Assembly (NCBI GenBank): GCA_903828955.1
Contig: CAIKOA010000032.1
Span: 20,141-84,140 of the forward strand
DNA length: 64,000 nucleotides
Direction: 5' to 3'
Source: an uncultured Candidatus Micrarchaeota archaeon
Lineage (GTDB): Archaea; Micrarchaeota; Micrarchaeia; Anstonellales; Bilamarchaeaceae
Shown here: positions 44,668 through 54,251 of the stretch, in pieces
Position numbering within the stretch: the first letter of the stretch is position 1
Layout of the letters: every line of letters begins with the position of its first letter
The notes under the pieces: model-generated
What the model was told of the DNA's origin: nothing
Seen by the model: only the letters and a program-made list of their open reading frames with translations
The model's database searches: none
Translations under genes and position numbers: made by a program

Positions 44668-46167
44668 TTATTTTGAAGAAGGGATTACAAGCTCCAGCTT
44701 GGTTGGCTTCTTGTTCACATTCCCCATCTTCCCGCCCACAAGCACCATGACGCCCTTGCTCTCCGCAAGGTCCACAAGCCTCTGGGTCACTATTCCATCG
44801 AATACAATTGCGTATATTCCCTGGACCTCTTCCAGCGTCCTAATCACATCGCGCACAGGAAGTTCCTTCATGAGGGCAAACTCCTTGTCGTAGAACCTTG
44901 CCTTAAGGGTTTTTGCAAGGCTCTTGAGTTCGCTCTCAAGCGCTTCCCTCGAGAACTTCCTGGTTACGGCAGTTGGCGCCTGCTGCGCGGGTTCTTCCCT
45001 CGCCTTTGGCTTCACAACCTCTGCTTCAAGAAGCACTTTCTCTTCATTGGTAAGCGCCGGAGGCTCAACCGCTTCGAAATCCCTGGGTTTCTCTTCAACC
45101 TTCACCCTCGGCTTCTCTTCTACGGGCGCGCGGTGTTCATTGGGGCGCTGTTCAGGCCCCTCATCCCTCACATATTGCTCCCCGCGCTCATACCTCTGCT
45201 GTTGAGGCGGTTTAGGCGCAGATGAACGCGGAGGCTCGTACTGCCTTCTCCTTCTGTCATACTCGTCGCGGGCATCCTGGTGGGTGTGCGGCATCACTTC
45301 GTTCCTTTGCGATGGAATGGGCACAACGCCCTTCCCGATTTCCGGCTCAAAGGGAATCTTGTTCTTTAAGCACTTCATTATTTCCTTGCGCGTAAGCTCT
45401 TCCACTTCCTTTCCAGCGGGAGCCCTTGCAACAAAGTCAATATCCGCTCCTGCCTGCGCAAGTTCGCGCAAAATCATGTCTCCGCCTCTGTCCCCATCCA
45501 GGAACACAGTGGCCTCTTTTTCGCGCATCACTTCCAGGATTGTCGGAGTCACTTTAGCCCCTCCAATTGCAACCACGTTCGCCAAATCCTTCTTGAGAAG
45601 GTTCACCACATCCGCCCTTCCTTCAACCAGGATTACTGCTTCCGCCTTGTTTATTCCCGGCCCTGAAGGAAGCCTGTCCTTCCCATAAGTGGAAATCTCA
45701 GCCGCTTTCACTTCTTCCCTAACCATGTCGGAGATTTCCTGGCTCTCAGGCATTTCCGTATTAATGAGCGTGCGCAGAAGCATCTTGGACCTCTCGATTA
45801 ATTTTTCCCTCTTTATGCTGCGCGTATCCTCTACCTTACCGATTATGATTTTTGCCTCGCACGGGCCCACTCTCTCCACGGTTTCAATCGCCGCACCAAT
45901 GATGCAGGTCTCAACCATGTCCAAAGAGCTTGGTATTTTCACTATTCCGGTGGTTTTTCCGCCACGAGGCTTCAAATCAACCTCAATTCTCCCGATCCTC
46001 CCGTTCTTCTGGAGGTCGCGGAGGTCAAGCTCCTCCCCAAGCAGGCCTTCCGTCTGCCCGAAGATTGCCCCGACTACGTCGGGTTTGTCCACTGTCCCAT
46101 CCACTTCTACGTCTGCGTAAATAAGGTACTTCACCGTATCTATGTAAGTTTTTGCCATTGTTTTCAC
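44668..46167 (-). CDS. dnaG: Archaeal DnaG-type primase (TOPRIM), with long low-complexity C-terminal extension
   Basis: The N-terminal is YLIYADVEVDGTVDKPDVVGAIFGQTEGLLG. The TOPRIM is ILVEGRADVVNL...FLDGDRGGD. An R/E/P/Q-rich tail is present. Confidence 0.85.
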   Translation of the reverse strand: MKTMAKTYIDTVKYLIYADVEVDGTVDKPDVVGAIFGQTEGLLGEELDLRDLQKNGRIGRIEVDLKPRGGKTTGIVKIPSSLDMVETCIIGAAIETVERVGPCEAKIIIGKVEDTRSIKREKLIERSKMLLRTLINTEMPESQEISDMVREEVKAAEISTYGKDRLPSGPGINKAEAVILVEGRADVVNLLKKDLANVVAIGGAKVTPTILEVMREKEATVFLDGDRGGDMILRELAQAGADIDFVARAPAGKEVEELTRKEIMKCLKNKIPFEPEIGKGVVPIPSQRNEVMPHTHQDARDEYDRRRRQYEPPRSSAPKPPQQQRYERGEQYVRDEGPEQRPNEHRAPVEEKPRVKVEEKPRDFEAVEPPALTNEEKVLLEAEVVKPKAREEPAQQAPTAVTRKFSREALESELKSLAKTLKARFYDKEFALMKELPVRDVIRTLEEVQGIYAIVFDGIVTQRLVDLAESKGVMVLVGGKMGNVNKKPTKLELVIPSSK

Positions 46168-46215
46168 CTTTTTATTTTTTCATTTTTGTGTTTTGTGTGC
46201 ATTTCGCCCGCGTCC

Positions 46216-46557
46216 TCACTCCGCAAGCTCTTCCATTTTTTCTTCATACTTTTTCCTGAAGTTCTCCAAGGGCCCCATCCTAAGGATGGCAAAAAGCTTC
46301 TTCCTTGTCTCAAGGTCTGCTTTTATCCCGTTAAACTCCAGTTCTTTTCTCACGAACTCCGCAAGCTCTTCGCCCGCAGAATCCCGGTCCGTAAGCACAA
46401 TTACTTCCCGTGCCCCCTTCTCTGCAGCCTTCTCGCATGCGCCCCTCACCCTTCCAGAAACCTGGATAATTGTGCCTCTCACATATGGGGCGATGGCTGC
46501 CTCGTCTTTCTTGCCTTCAACGAATATTACTGCTTTTTCGTCAATTATTTTTTCCAT
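46216..46557 (-). CDS. Small Toprim-domain protein (COG1658-like)
   Basis: It has VIFVEGKKDE and VLTDRDSAGEE (Toprim E and DxD). The start is taken at MEKIIDEK to avoid overlap with the DUF167 gene. Confidence 0.6.
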   Translation of the reverse strand: MEKIIDEKAVIFVEGKKDEAAIAPYVRGTIIQVSGRVRGACEKAAEKGAREVIVLTDRDSAGEELAEFVRKELEFNGIKADLETRKKLFAILRMGPLENFRKKYEEKMEELAE

Positions 46558-46561
46558 AAGC

Positions 46562-46828
46562 TTACCTAGCTCGTGCAGCTGCGCACGCTTTTCTGAGTGC
46601 GTCAATTGCCTCTTTTTCGCTTCCTTCAATTTCCAGCACCTTGTCCCTGGATTTTGCACCCGAGAGCAGGAATACCTTCATTCCAATGAGCTTCCCCAGC
46701 CCTTTTTGGAGCGCGATGTTCGCGCGGTTCCCTTCCGCTTTGGCATCCACGTAAACCCTGAAGCCTTTCTCGCTCTCTTCAAGGCGGAATGCCTTAGCAT
46801 TCGGGACCACTCTAACCGCTATTTTCAT
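46562..46828 (-). CDS. DUF167 / YggU-family small protein
   Basis: IAVRVVPNAKAFRLEE...GNRANIALQKGLGKLIG..VFLLSGAKSRDKVLEI matches the YggU pattern. Confidence 0.65.
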   Translation of the reverse strand: MKIAVRVVPNAKAFRLEESEKGFRVYVDAKAEGNRANIALQKGLGKLIGMKVFLLSGAKSRDKVLEIEGSEKEAIDALRKACAAARAR

Positions 46829-46998
46829 CCTGCCATTCCTTTATGCAGGGCTCACAGAAGCAGTGCCATCCCGAAGCGCCTGTGCCGCACTCTTGTGCGT
46901 GCGCTTCGGAATGTCAGTAGGAGAATGAGCTGTGCACTGTTGACGCAACGGTCATCGCTTCGCTCCCGCGGCCATCCTGTGCACAGCGTGATCGTCAT

Positions 46999-47427
46999 TC
47001 ATTGAAAGCCGGCTTCGGCCTTCTCTTCGATGAGGTCAATCAGCGACGGTAGTATCCTCGATATGTCCCCTTCGCTAATCATACCCACCAGCTCATTTGT
47101 GTCATTCACCACGGGGAACCTTTTCAGGTTGTATCTTTTCATAGCCTGGGCAGCCTCCTCGACGCTTGTCTCCGGAGTTACCACCTTCAATGGCTTGCTC
47201 ATGATTTTTTCCGCAGTGACTTTCGAAGCGTCCGCGCCAACCGTCACGACCTTGTATACGATGTCCTTCTCGGTTATGATCCCTTCGGCCTTCTTGGCTT
47301 TCGAAACCACGATCGAGCCGACTTCGTGCTTTTTCATCAGCTTCGCGACCTCTGTTACAGGCGCATTTGTTTCGATCGAAATAACATCTCTGTTCATGAT
47401 GTCTCCTACTTTGACTTCCGAACCCAT
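46999..47427 (-). CDS. CBS-domain pair protein
   Basis: Two CBS motifs are present (VGDIMNRDVISIETNAPVTEVAKLMKKHEVGSIVV; AEKIMSKPLKVVTPETSVEEAAQAMKRYNLKRFPVV). Confidence 0.8.
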   Translation of the reverse strand: MGSEVKVGDIMNRDVISIETNAPVTEVAKLMKKHEVGSIVVSKAKKAEGIITEKDIVYKVVTVGADASKVTAEKIMSKPLKVVTPETSVEEAAQAMKRYNLKRFPVVNDTNELVGMISEGDISRILPSLIDLIEEKAEAGFQ

Positions 47428-47607
47428 GCTTTCCCTTTCGCGGGAAAGGTTTTAAAAAGCAACATTCCCCGTGAAGTTCTACTGGATTCTACTAATACTC
47501 TATTGTGGATAACCCTTTTTAAACCCTCTTTTTTCTATTTTTTATAACATCTCCTAATGATATTCCATATAAATAATACTTATAAAGGTTATCTCCCCAC
47601 TCTCCCC

Positions 47608-50600
47608 ATGCGCAAATATCTCCCCAACAAACCCTCACGCACAGTAAGCGCTGAGGAAATCGCAGTCCTGCTGATGGTATTCTTCTTCCTTTTCGGCTGC
47701 ATAATAATACCGGAGCCCCCTGTTCCGGTGGAGCTCACGACCTTCTCAAACCTCCAGCCCACGGAAACACTTACTTTCAACAGCCCGGGCGACCACGACA
47801 CATTCCAGCTCAATATGTCTCAGTATACTACTGTCGGAAATTCCTCGGAGCCAACAAGGGGCGGCGGAGTGGTCCAGAACTTCGAAATGGACATCTGCCC
47901 AGAAGAGCTAGGTGGCTCAAACGTCTCCAACCTAACCCTCTACTGGCCGAGCGGAGGCTCAACCCGCTTCTGGAACGACACCCTCTCTGATTGCCAAACA
48001 GTTTACTTAGATCCAATTGAATTCAACAAATACCTCGCAGTCCACCAGGCGTATTCCCTTGCAAGCATGGTCCCCGCGATGCTCTCAGGAGGGGGGGCAA
48101 GCTTCCAATGGGGCATAAGCCAGAAGAACCCGAAGATGCACGATGTTGACGAACCCATAGTCTATCAGTTTGCAATATTGGAGCCGGACCTGCCCCCCAG
48201 CCTCATCGAGAAAATACTGAACGGCTCCGGGGCCAGCCTTCCGGCCGGATTCGAGCTCTTCCTCAGCTCCCGCCTGGACGGGATCGCCTACACCTGCTAT
48301 GACTCCGACGGGGTGCGCACAGTGGCGTCCCCCACGGAAAAATACCAGGTAAGGATGTCGCTGCCCAACCTCAATCTCAGCTCCCTAATCTCCTGGCTCG
48401 ACATCCCTAACAGCACAGTGCTTGTGAATGCAAGCATCTTCAACCTTCCCTGCCCGGCATACGAAACCCCGGGAAGATACCGCGCAGATGTGCGCAGGCT
48501 CCTTCTTCATTTGGACAACTACACGGGGCTGGTCCCGTCCGATTATTTCTCCGACGATTTCAACACCACCTCCCTCTCCGGAAGATGGGTTATCCGCGCC
48601 GCGGGCACACAGGGCGCAAACGGCTGGTTTGTGGACAATTCCGCCTCCAGCACCCTAGATCTTTATTCCGAAGGTAACGTTTCCGGCTCCATGTTCTTCT
48701 ATTATAGAAATTATACCGTAGATGAAAGCGGTGGCTCAATATTCCTCTCCGCAGACATCTCAACAGCAGGAGAACCCCCCGTGAACCTCTCCTTAGGACT
48801 GCCCGAGGGCGCAGGTTTCCTCGGCTTCATGAACGAGCCGGTTTACCCAGGCGCATTCACGGCCGAAGTAGCCCCCCACCTGCGCGGCGGCATGTTCGGT
48901 TTTGGAAGCAATGCCTCGCTAGTAGTATGCCAAAATGGAACTTTTGCGTACCTTGCGCCGACCTCCGCAGGCTTCCACCTCTACGAAATAAATGCCACAA
49001 ACAATACGCAGACATTCTATCTGGACGGAGCGCAGGTCGCCCAGTGCACAAACGAGGTATCATCTGATCTATATCCGTTCATCGCCTCAGACCCCGGAAC
49101 CGACATATTCCGCGGCAACGACTCCGCGGATTGGGTGAACATAACAACTTATTCCGGAGGCCCGGGCACCTGGTCACAGGATTGGAAGGATTTCGACCAC
49201 TTCAATTCCGCATTGAACACTTCCAAGTGGCTGATGCGCAATGTTTCCGCAGTGACCGAGACGGGCCATTACATCTACAACCCCTCGATGAGCAGGATAG
49301 AGCTCTATTCCAGCACGCAGACCACCCCGCCTAATTCCACGGCGATCCTGATGTATTACAACGACTCCTTCGCCGCGCCCACCTCCAACGAGAGCGGCTA
49401 CTACTTTAGCGCAAAGATGTACGTGGACCCGGATGTGAAGACCTCCGCAACAGGCTTCGCATTCATGACGGACATCGTCAACCCGGGCTCCCTCTCATCG
49501 GTGCTTCCCTACAACCGCGGCTCAATGTTCTACGCAAACGACATGCTGATGGCGATATGCCCGGATTTCGGCTCCGCCCTTATGGAAAACATGAGCGGGC
49601 TCATAACCCCGGGCTACCACGATTTCGGCTACCTCGCAAACAATGACACCGCGGTCTTCCTCTTCGACAACGTCCCAATCGCGAACTGCTCCCCGCAGAC
49701 CGAGGATGTGTATGTGGCATTCACTTCCGACCCGCTTACCGACATGTACGAGGGAAACACCAGCATCGACCTGGTTTCGCTCTACGAAGTCCAGCAGAAG
49801 GACCAATACACCGGGAACGCATGGTTCGACATCGGCCTCCTCAACTACCTCGGCTACCTGAATGGAAGCGTCTACTCGGACGCGATAATCTTCGACCAGG
49901 ACATGGACGGCAGCAGCAAGTACGGCCGCCTATTTGATTTCGAAGTGGGCTCGGATTCCCCGGGAACCCTAGACATAAACCGCATAAACGTGACCTACGG
50001 CTCCCTGATTTCCTATGGGCAAAACGGCTCCTACCCGACCTCTTCCATCGACGACGCCTCCAACTTCTCCTGGTACGCGATCAACTCGCACATCTACAAC
50101 TCGGACGTTGAATTGAATTCCTACCTATACAATTCCACTGTCAACAATTCGAAACTCGTCCTCTCAATGGTCACCTGCTCAAACGTTTCGAACTCCCGCA
50201 TGATTTACTCAAGCTCGGTCTATGACCCCTCCACATTCGGCCTCGGCGGCCTCATCCAGGTCCAGGGATGCTCCGGAGTGGTCCAGGATTCCGACATGAA
50301 CTTTGCAATCATTCTCGCGGGCAATGTGAAGAATTCCACGCTAAAGACGATTCCCATAATGGTCCTGATGGATTTCGAGGACGCATACGTTGACAACCTC
50401 ACCCTTTACAAGGGAAAGATGATCCTCAATGGAACGAAAGCCCCGGGCATGTTCGGCGGCACTGTGGACCTTGGCTCCCTCCTAGGAGGGATGTTGGGGG
50501 GCAGCTCAGGCCTCCCTATTTCCTGCACGGAAAACGGGGATTTCGTGATGGACAGCGCAGCGGACCTCCGCCTTGCAAACCTCCCAGCGGGAAACATCGA

Positions 50601-51876
50601 ATGCAGGTTCGTCCTCTACAATGCAAACGTCACAATCCAGAACCTCACCTTCCACAATAAGTTCGGGGGCGTCCGCCTTTCCCTGAACAACGCAACGCTG
50701 ATTGCGCAGAACATGACCGAGCCCATAAACGTGACCGCTTTCAACGATTTTGCGGACCTTGAACTGCGCAACCTGGATACGAACGAATTCGATTTCCCGG
50801 TAGTTCTTTCCAGCAACGAGATGCACCTTGAAACCGGAATGATTTCGATAAACGGAAGCGCCTTCAACCTCTCCGGAGTAACCGGGGATACCGATACATA
50901 CGTAGTATTCCACGGAATAGATTCCTGGGACGGAAAAATAACCTACTACGAGAATTTCACCACGAACATGAGCGAAGCGGTTGCAAATGGAGTTGAATGC
51001 CCGCACACACAATGCCTTAGCACCTCCTTCAATTCAGGCGAGCAAACCCTCACGGTCCGCGTGAATGGCTTCTCCACCTACGTGGTCAATTATGCCGGAA
51101 ACGATACTTCCGAGCCTTCAGAGGGAGGAGGCCATCAGTTCGACCTTGAAGTCTCAACTGATTGCGCAGGAGAACCAACAACATTTACCGCAACATACGG
51201 AGCGATAAAATTGGACGGCACGTCCATCCGCGTATATGGCCCGGATTCGCACACCTCCCTCTATGATGCAGTCAGTACGGATTCCAATGGGGAAGCCGAA
51301 TTCACTCCATCCGAACCCGGCACCTACTACTATTCCGCCAGGCAAAGCGGATACTTGGAGCAAGATGGCTCTTTCTCAATAGAAGAATGCGGAGCGTCCC
51401 CCGCCCCTCTGGAGCAGCCACAGCCTGCCCAGCCAGAACAAAATAATAGTCCGGCCAACACTCCGTCTCCGGCCCAGCCTCCGGGAGCGCAGCCGCCCTC
51501 CGGTTCGCATGCGGGTGAGTGCGGCGAATACATAAACGGCGCCTGGGTCTCCTACGAATGCTGCGAGGACAGCGAATGCGGGCAGACCTCATATTGCATC
51601 CAGCACATGTGCAGCGCGCCGAAACTCCCAGCGCAGGGAGGGAGCACCGTAAGCGTGACTTCCACGCAAGAAAGACCTCCTGCGCAGGAAACCCCCGCCC
51701 CGCAAAAGGCGACCTCCTGCTGCCTTGGCGGAATCTGCGGGGATTTGCTTGGCATATGCTGGTTCTACTGGGTCGCGATAATACTCTTCTTCATTGTTGG
51801 CGCAATCGTGCTCAATTACCTCTCGAGGGCCCCGCAGGAGCTAGCGGAACCGGCTCCCAAGAAGCCAAAAAAGTGA
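47608..51876 (+). CDS. Giant (about 1420 aa) secreted surface protein, probable S-layer/adhesin glycoprotein with C-terminal Cys-rich module and TM anchor
   Basis: It has an N-terminal signal anchor (IAVLLMVFFFLFGCIII) and very many N-x-S/T sequons. A proline-rich spacer, a Cys-rich module (GECGEYINGAWVSYECCEDSECGQTSYCIQHMC) and a C-terminal TM (WFYWVAIILFFIVGAIVL) + KKPKK are present. A strong AT-rich promoter region lies upstream. Confidence 0.7.
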   Translation: MRKYLPNKPSRTVSAEEIAVLLMVFFFLFGCIIIPEPPVPVELTTFSNLQPTETLTFNSPGDHDTFQLNMSQYTTVGNSSEPTRGGGVVQNFEMDICPEELGGSNVSNLTLYWPSGGSTRFWNDTLSDCQTVYLDPIEFNKYLAVHQAYSLASMVPAMLSGGGASFQWGISQKNPKMHDVDEPIVYQFAILEPDLPPSLIEKILNGSGASLPAGFELFLSSRLDGIAYTCYDSDGVRTVASPTEKYQVRMSLPNLNLSSLISWLDIPNSTVLVNASIFNLPCPAYETPGRYRADVRRLLLHLDNYTGLVPSDYFSDDFNTTSLSGRWVIRAAGTQGANGWFVDNSASSTLDLYSEGNVSGSMFFYYRNYTVDESGGSIFLSADISTAGEPPVNLSLGLPEGAGFLGFMNEPVYPGAFTAEVAPHLRGGMFGFGSNASLVVCQNGTFAYLAPTSAGFHLYEINATNNTQTFYLDGAQVAQCTNEVSSDLYPFIASDPGTDIFRGNDSADWVNITTYSGGPGTWSQDWKDFDHFNSALNTSKWLMRNVSAVTETGHYIYNPSMSRIELYSSTQTTPPNSTAILMYYNDSFAAPTSNESGYYFSAKMYVDPDVKTSATGFAFMTDIVNPGSLSSVLPYNRGSMFYANDMLMAICPDFGSALMENMSGLITPGYHDFGYLANNDTAVFLFDNVPIANCSPQTEDVYVAFTSDPLTDMYEGNTSIDLVSLYEVQQKDQYTGNAWFDIGLLNYLGYLNGSVYSDAIIFDQDMDGSSKYGRLFDFEVGSDSPGTLDINRINVTYGSLISYGQNGSYPTSSIDDASNFSWYAINSHIYNSDVELNSYLYNSTVNNSKLVLSMVTCSNVSNSRMIYSSSVYDPSTFGLGGLIQVQGCSGVVQDSDMNFAIILAGNVKNSTLKTIPIMVLMDFEDAYVDNLTLYKGKMILNGTKAPGMFGGTVDLGSLLGGMLGGSSGLPISCTENGDFVMDSAADLRLANLPAGNIECRFVLYNANVTIQNLTFHNKFGGVRLSLNNATLIAQNMTEPINVTAFNDFADLELRNLDTNEFDFPVVLSSNEMHLETGMISINGSAFNLSGVTGDTDTYVVFHGIDSWDGKITYYENFTTNMSEAVANGVECPHTQCLSTSFNSGEQTLTVRVNGFSTYVVNYAGNDTSEPSEGGGHQFDLEVSTDCAGEPTTFTATYGAIKLDGTSIRVYGPDSHTSLYDAVSTDSNGEAEFTPSEPGTYYYSARQSGYLEQDGSFSIEECGASPAPLEQPQPAQPEQNNSPANTPSPAQPPGAQPPSGSHAGECGEYINGAWVSYECCEDSECGQTSYCIQHMCSAPKLPAQGGSTVSVTSTQERPPAQETPAPQKATSCCLGGICGDLLGICWFYWVAIILFFIVGAIVLNYLSRAPQELAEPAPKKPKK

Positions 51877-51917
51877 ATTAATTCCTTTTTATAATTTTTC
51901 ATCCATCTCTTCACTCA

Positions 51918-52832
51918 ATGCCAATCATGGATAAGCTCAGGAAGGCAATTTCCATAAGCCGACCAATTTTCTGGCTCGGGCCACCCGCACTCTACAGGCT
52001 GGGCCTTCTCCTAGCCGGAATTGACCGCGGCCCCATAGAAATTATTGAAATGCTTCTCCTTTCCTTTCCACTCTCCTTCATAATTTACGGGCTCAACGAC
52101 CTTCACGACATTGAAGTTGATAAGAAAAATCCACGCAAAGGAGGAATCTGGGGCGCAAAGCTTTCCCCGGAGGACGCCCCTTGGGTAAAACAGTTAATTG
52201 TCGTCTTCTCCGCACTCATAATTCTCGCCGCAATTTCCACCTTAAATCCCCTGCACATCTTTCTTTCCTTATTCGCAATCGGCATTCCCTATATTTACTC
52301 CGTCCCCCCAATCCGGCTCAAATCACGCCCAATCCTGGATTCCTTAGTTTGCGTTTTCTACGGGATTGGCCCCCTTCTTTATGCGTATTCCCTTTCGGGG
52401 GGCCTCCTTCTCCACCCCTATATTTTCTCGCTTTCGCTGGGCTTCTCAGGATTGCATGCAATCGCAACCATAATGGATGTTGCGCACGACCGGAAGACTG
52501 GCACGCGCACCTTTGCAGCCGCATTCGGAACGCGCGCCCCAGCAATATTTGCATTAGGAATCTGCCTTCTCAACCTCTGGATCACTTGGGGCTACTCCTT
52601 TGCATTCTCTTCCTCAATCGCATTTGCAGCCCTCCTTTCCCTCTGGGTTGCAATAGCTCCAACCCCTGAAAACGCGCGCACGGAATTCAAGCTCCTCTTT
52701 GCCTACACCTTCCTCTGGATAGGATACTTTTTCCTAAAATACGTACTTCTCGGAGCCTGGTTTGCGGATTACTCGGAAATGGAATTCCACACGGTTCTTC
52801 CGGAGCTAATTAAGAATGCCCATCCGCTTTAG
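51918..52832 (+). CDS. UbiA-family prenyltransferase
   Basis: It is polytopic, with the first Asp-rich motif NDLHDIEVDKKNP and a second region DVAHDRKTG. Confidence 0.6.
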   Translation: MPIMDKLRKAISISRPIFWLGPPALYRLGLLLAGIDRGPIEIIEMLLLSFPLSFIIYGLNDLHDIEVDKKNPRKGGIWGAKLSPEDAPWVKQLIVVFSALIILAAISTLNPLHIFLSLFAIGIPYIYSVPPIRLKSRPILDSLVCVFYGIGPLLYAYSLSGGLLLHPYIFSLSLGFSGLHAIATIMDVAHDRKTGTRTFAAAFGTRAPAIFALGICLLNLWITWGYSFAFSSSIAFAALLSLWVAIAPTPENARTEFKLLFAYTFLWIGYFFLKYVLLGAWFADYSEMEFHTVLPELIKNAHPL

Positions 52833-53137
52833 CAAACAACATGCCCGCGCTCCTTCCTTATCCACTTGCATACTTTGCAAATAAGGTTCTTGCAGCGCGG
52901 CCTCTTCTTCGCGATTCCCTGCACATACGTTTTCTCTTCTGCGCTCAATATTTCCTTCTTCCCCCGCTTCTGCTTCGCATACTGCGAAACTGCAGCTTCG
53001 GTAGTTCCGAGCATTTTCGCAATATCCTTCTGCTTAATTCCCATTTTTATCCAGTCCAGCGCAAGCTCCCGCTTTATCGCAGGCACAAGCGTCCAGTGGA
53101 TTTGTTCGCACGGAATTATTTTTCGTGAACCGTTCAT
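52829..53137 (-). CDS. Small HTH transcriptional regulator with C-terminal Cys cluster (putative metal-sensing, TRASH-like)
   Basis: The HTH is IAKMLGTTEAAVSQYAKQKRG. The C-terminal is CKNLICKVCKW...C. It is divergent from the copper operon. Confidence 0.55.
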   Translation of the reverse strand: MNGSRKIIPCEQIHWTLVPAIKRELALDWIKMGIKQKDIAKMLGTTEAAVSQYAKQKRGKKEILSAEEKTYVQGIAKKRPRCKNLICKVCKWIRKERGHVVC

Positions 53138-53211
53138 CGCAATTACCTTCGCATAATACTCTTATAACCCTATTGATTGCAATAAACCTTACAACCAACA
53201 GGCGTAATATT

Positions 53212-53236
53212 CTTAACAATCGTTAAGTTTTATAAA
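53212..53236 (+). promoter_or_regulatory. Inverted repeat CTTAACaatcGTTAAG overlapping a TTTATAAA TATA box, about 30 bp upstream of the copper operon
   Basis: The 6-bp arms with a 4-bp spacer lie immediately 5' of the TATA-like element, between the regulator gene and the HMA gene. It is a candidate operator. Confidence 0.35.
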
Positions 53237-53263
53237 CCTTGCAGTATATAACAACCCCAAAGG

Positions 53264-54214
53264 GTGGAACCTATGAAGGAAGAAAAAATCCACATAAAAG
53301 GAATGCACTGCAGGAGCTGCAAGGAAATTCTCGAAATGAACCTTGGCTCCCTTGCAGGAGTGGAAAAGGTTTCGGTCGACCTCGCGGGAAATTCCGCAAG
53401 AATCACTTACGACCCGACTCAAACAACTATTGAAAAAATACAGGAAAAAATCGAGCAGACAGGCTACTCGGTTGAAGGAAGCGCTGAAAAACCCCAGGAC
53501 AACAAGAACGGATTGATGCAGGGCCTCATTTACGGCCTCCTCCCGCACGTAGGGTGCATCGCCTTCATAATCGGCTCGGTGCTCGGCGTCGCGGTATTGA
53601 TGGAGTTCTTCCGGCCGCTTCTAATGGACCGGAACTTCTTCAACTACCTTCTCGGGCTCGCATTCGTATTCGCAACTTTCTCCTCAGCCCTTTACCTGAG
53701 GAACAACGGGCTGCTTTCCTTTGCAGGAATGAGAAAGAAATGGAAGTACCTCACCGCAATGTACGGCTCAACGATAGGGGTGAACCTGCTTCTTTTCATG
53801 TTCATCTTCCCGCTCTTTGCAAACTCACCGGTTGCGGCAACTGCGCCCTCCGCAGAATTCAATTGCCCAGTGGGCGGAGGGGCAGCCTGCCCAACAGAAA
53901 CGCTTGCAGGAGCCTCAATCGGGCAGCAGAGTGGAGCCCAGCAGCCAACTGGAGGAATCCAGCCGCCTCCTTCCGGAGTTTCCCAGTCCGCGCCGGTCGC
54001 ACTCTACACGAAGATGAAGATTTCAGTGGACATTCCGTGCCCTGGACACGCTCCGCTCATCACCTACGATTTGAAAACAATAGGCGGAGTAAAGGGAGTC
54101 GAATTCTCGCAGCCGAACGTATTCGACATCACCTACGACCCTTCGCAAACGACCGAGTCCCAGATACTTGCCCTGGACGTCTTCAACACCTACCCGGCAA
54201 AGAAGCTCGCATGA
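53264..54214 (+). CDS. Heavy-metal-associated (HMA) domain membrane protein, putative copper-binding
   Basis: The N-terminal GMHCRSC HMA fold is followed by about 4 TM helices and a C-terminal ferredoxin-like domain with Cys. Confidence 0.65.
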   Translation: MEPMKEEKIHIKGMHCRSCKEILEMNLGSLAGVEKVSVDLAGNSARITYDPTQTTIEKIQEKIEQTGYSVEGSAEKPQDNKNGLMQGLIYGLLPHVGCIAFIIGSVLGVAVLMEFFRPLLMDRNFFNYLLGLAFVFATFSSALYLRNNGLLSFAGMRKKWKYLTAMYGSTIGVNLLLFMFIFPLFANSPVAATAPSAEFNCPVGGGAACPTETLAGASIGQQSGAQQPTGGIQPPPSGVSQSAPVALYTKMKISVDIPCPGHAPLITYDLKTIGGVKGVEFSQPNVFDITYDPSQTTESQILALDVFNTYPAKKLA

Positions 54215-54251
54215 GCACCCTTTCCCTTAATATATTTTTTATTCGGAGGTT

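Noticed and set aside
46193-47005. 270-aa plus-strand ORF spanning the Toprim, DUF167 genes and the structured intergenic region
   Set aside because: It runs antisense through two well-supported minus-strand genes. Its composition is Ser/Phe/Leu-biased and it has no motif.
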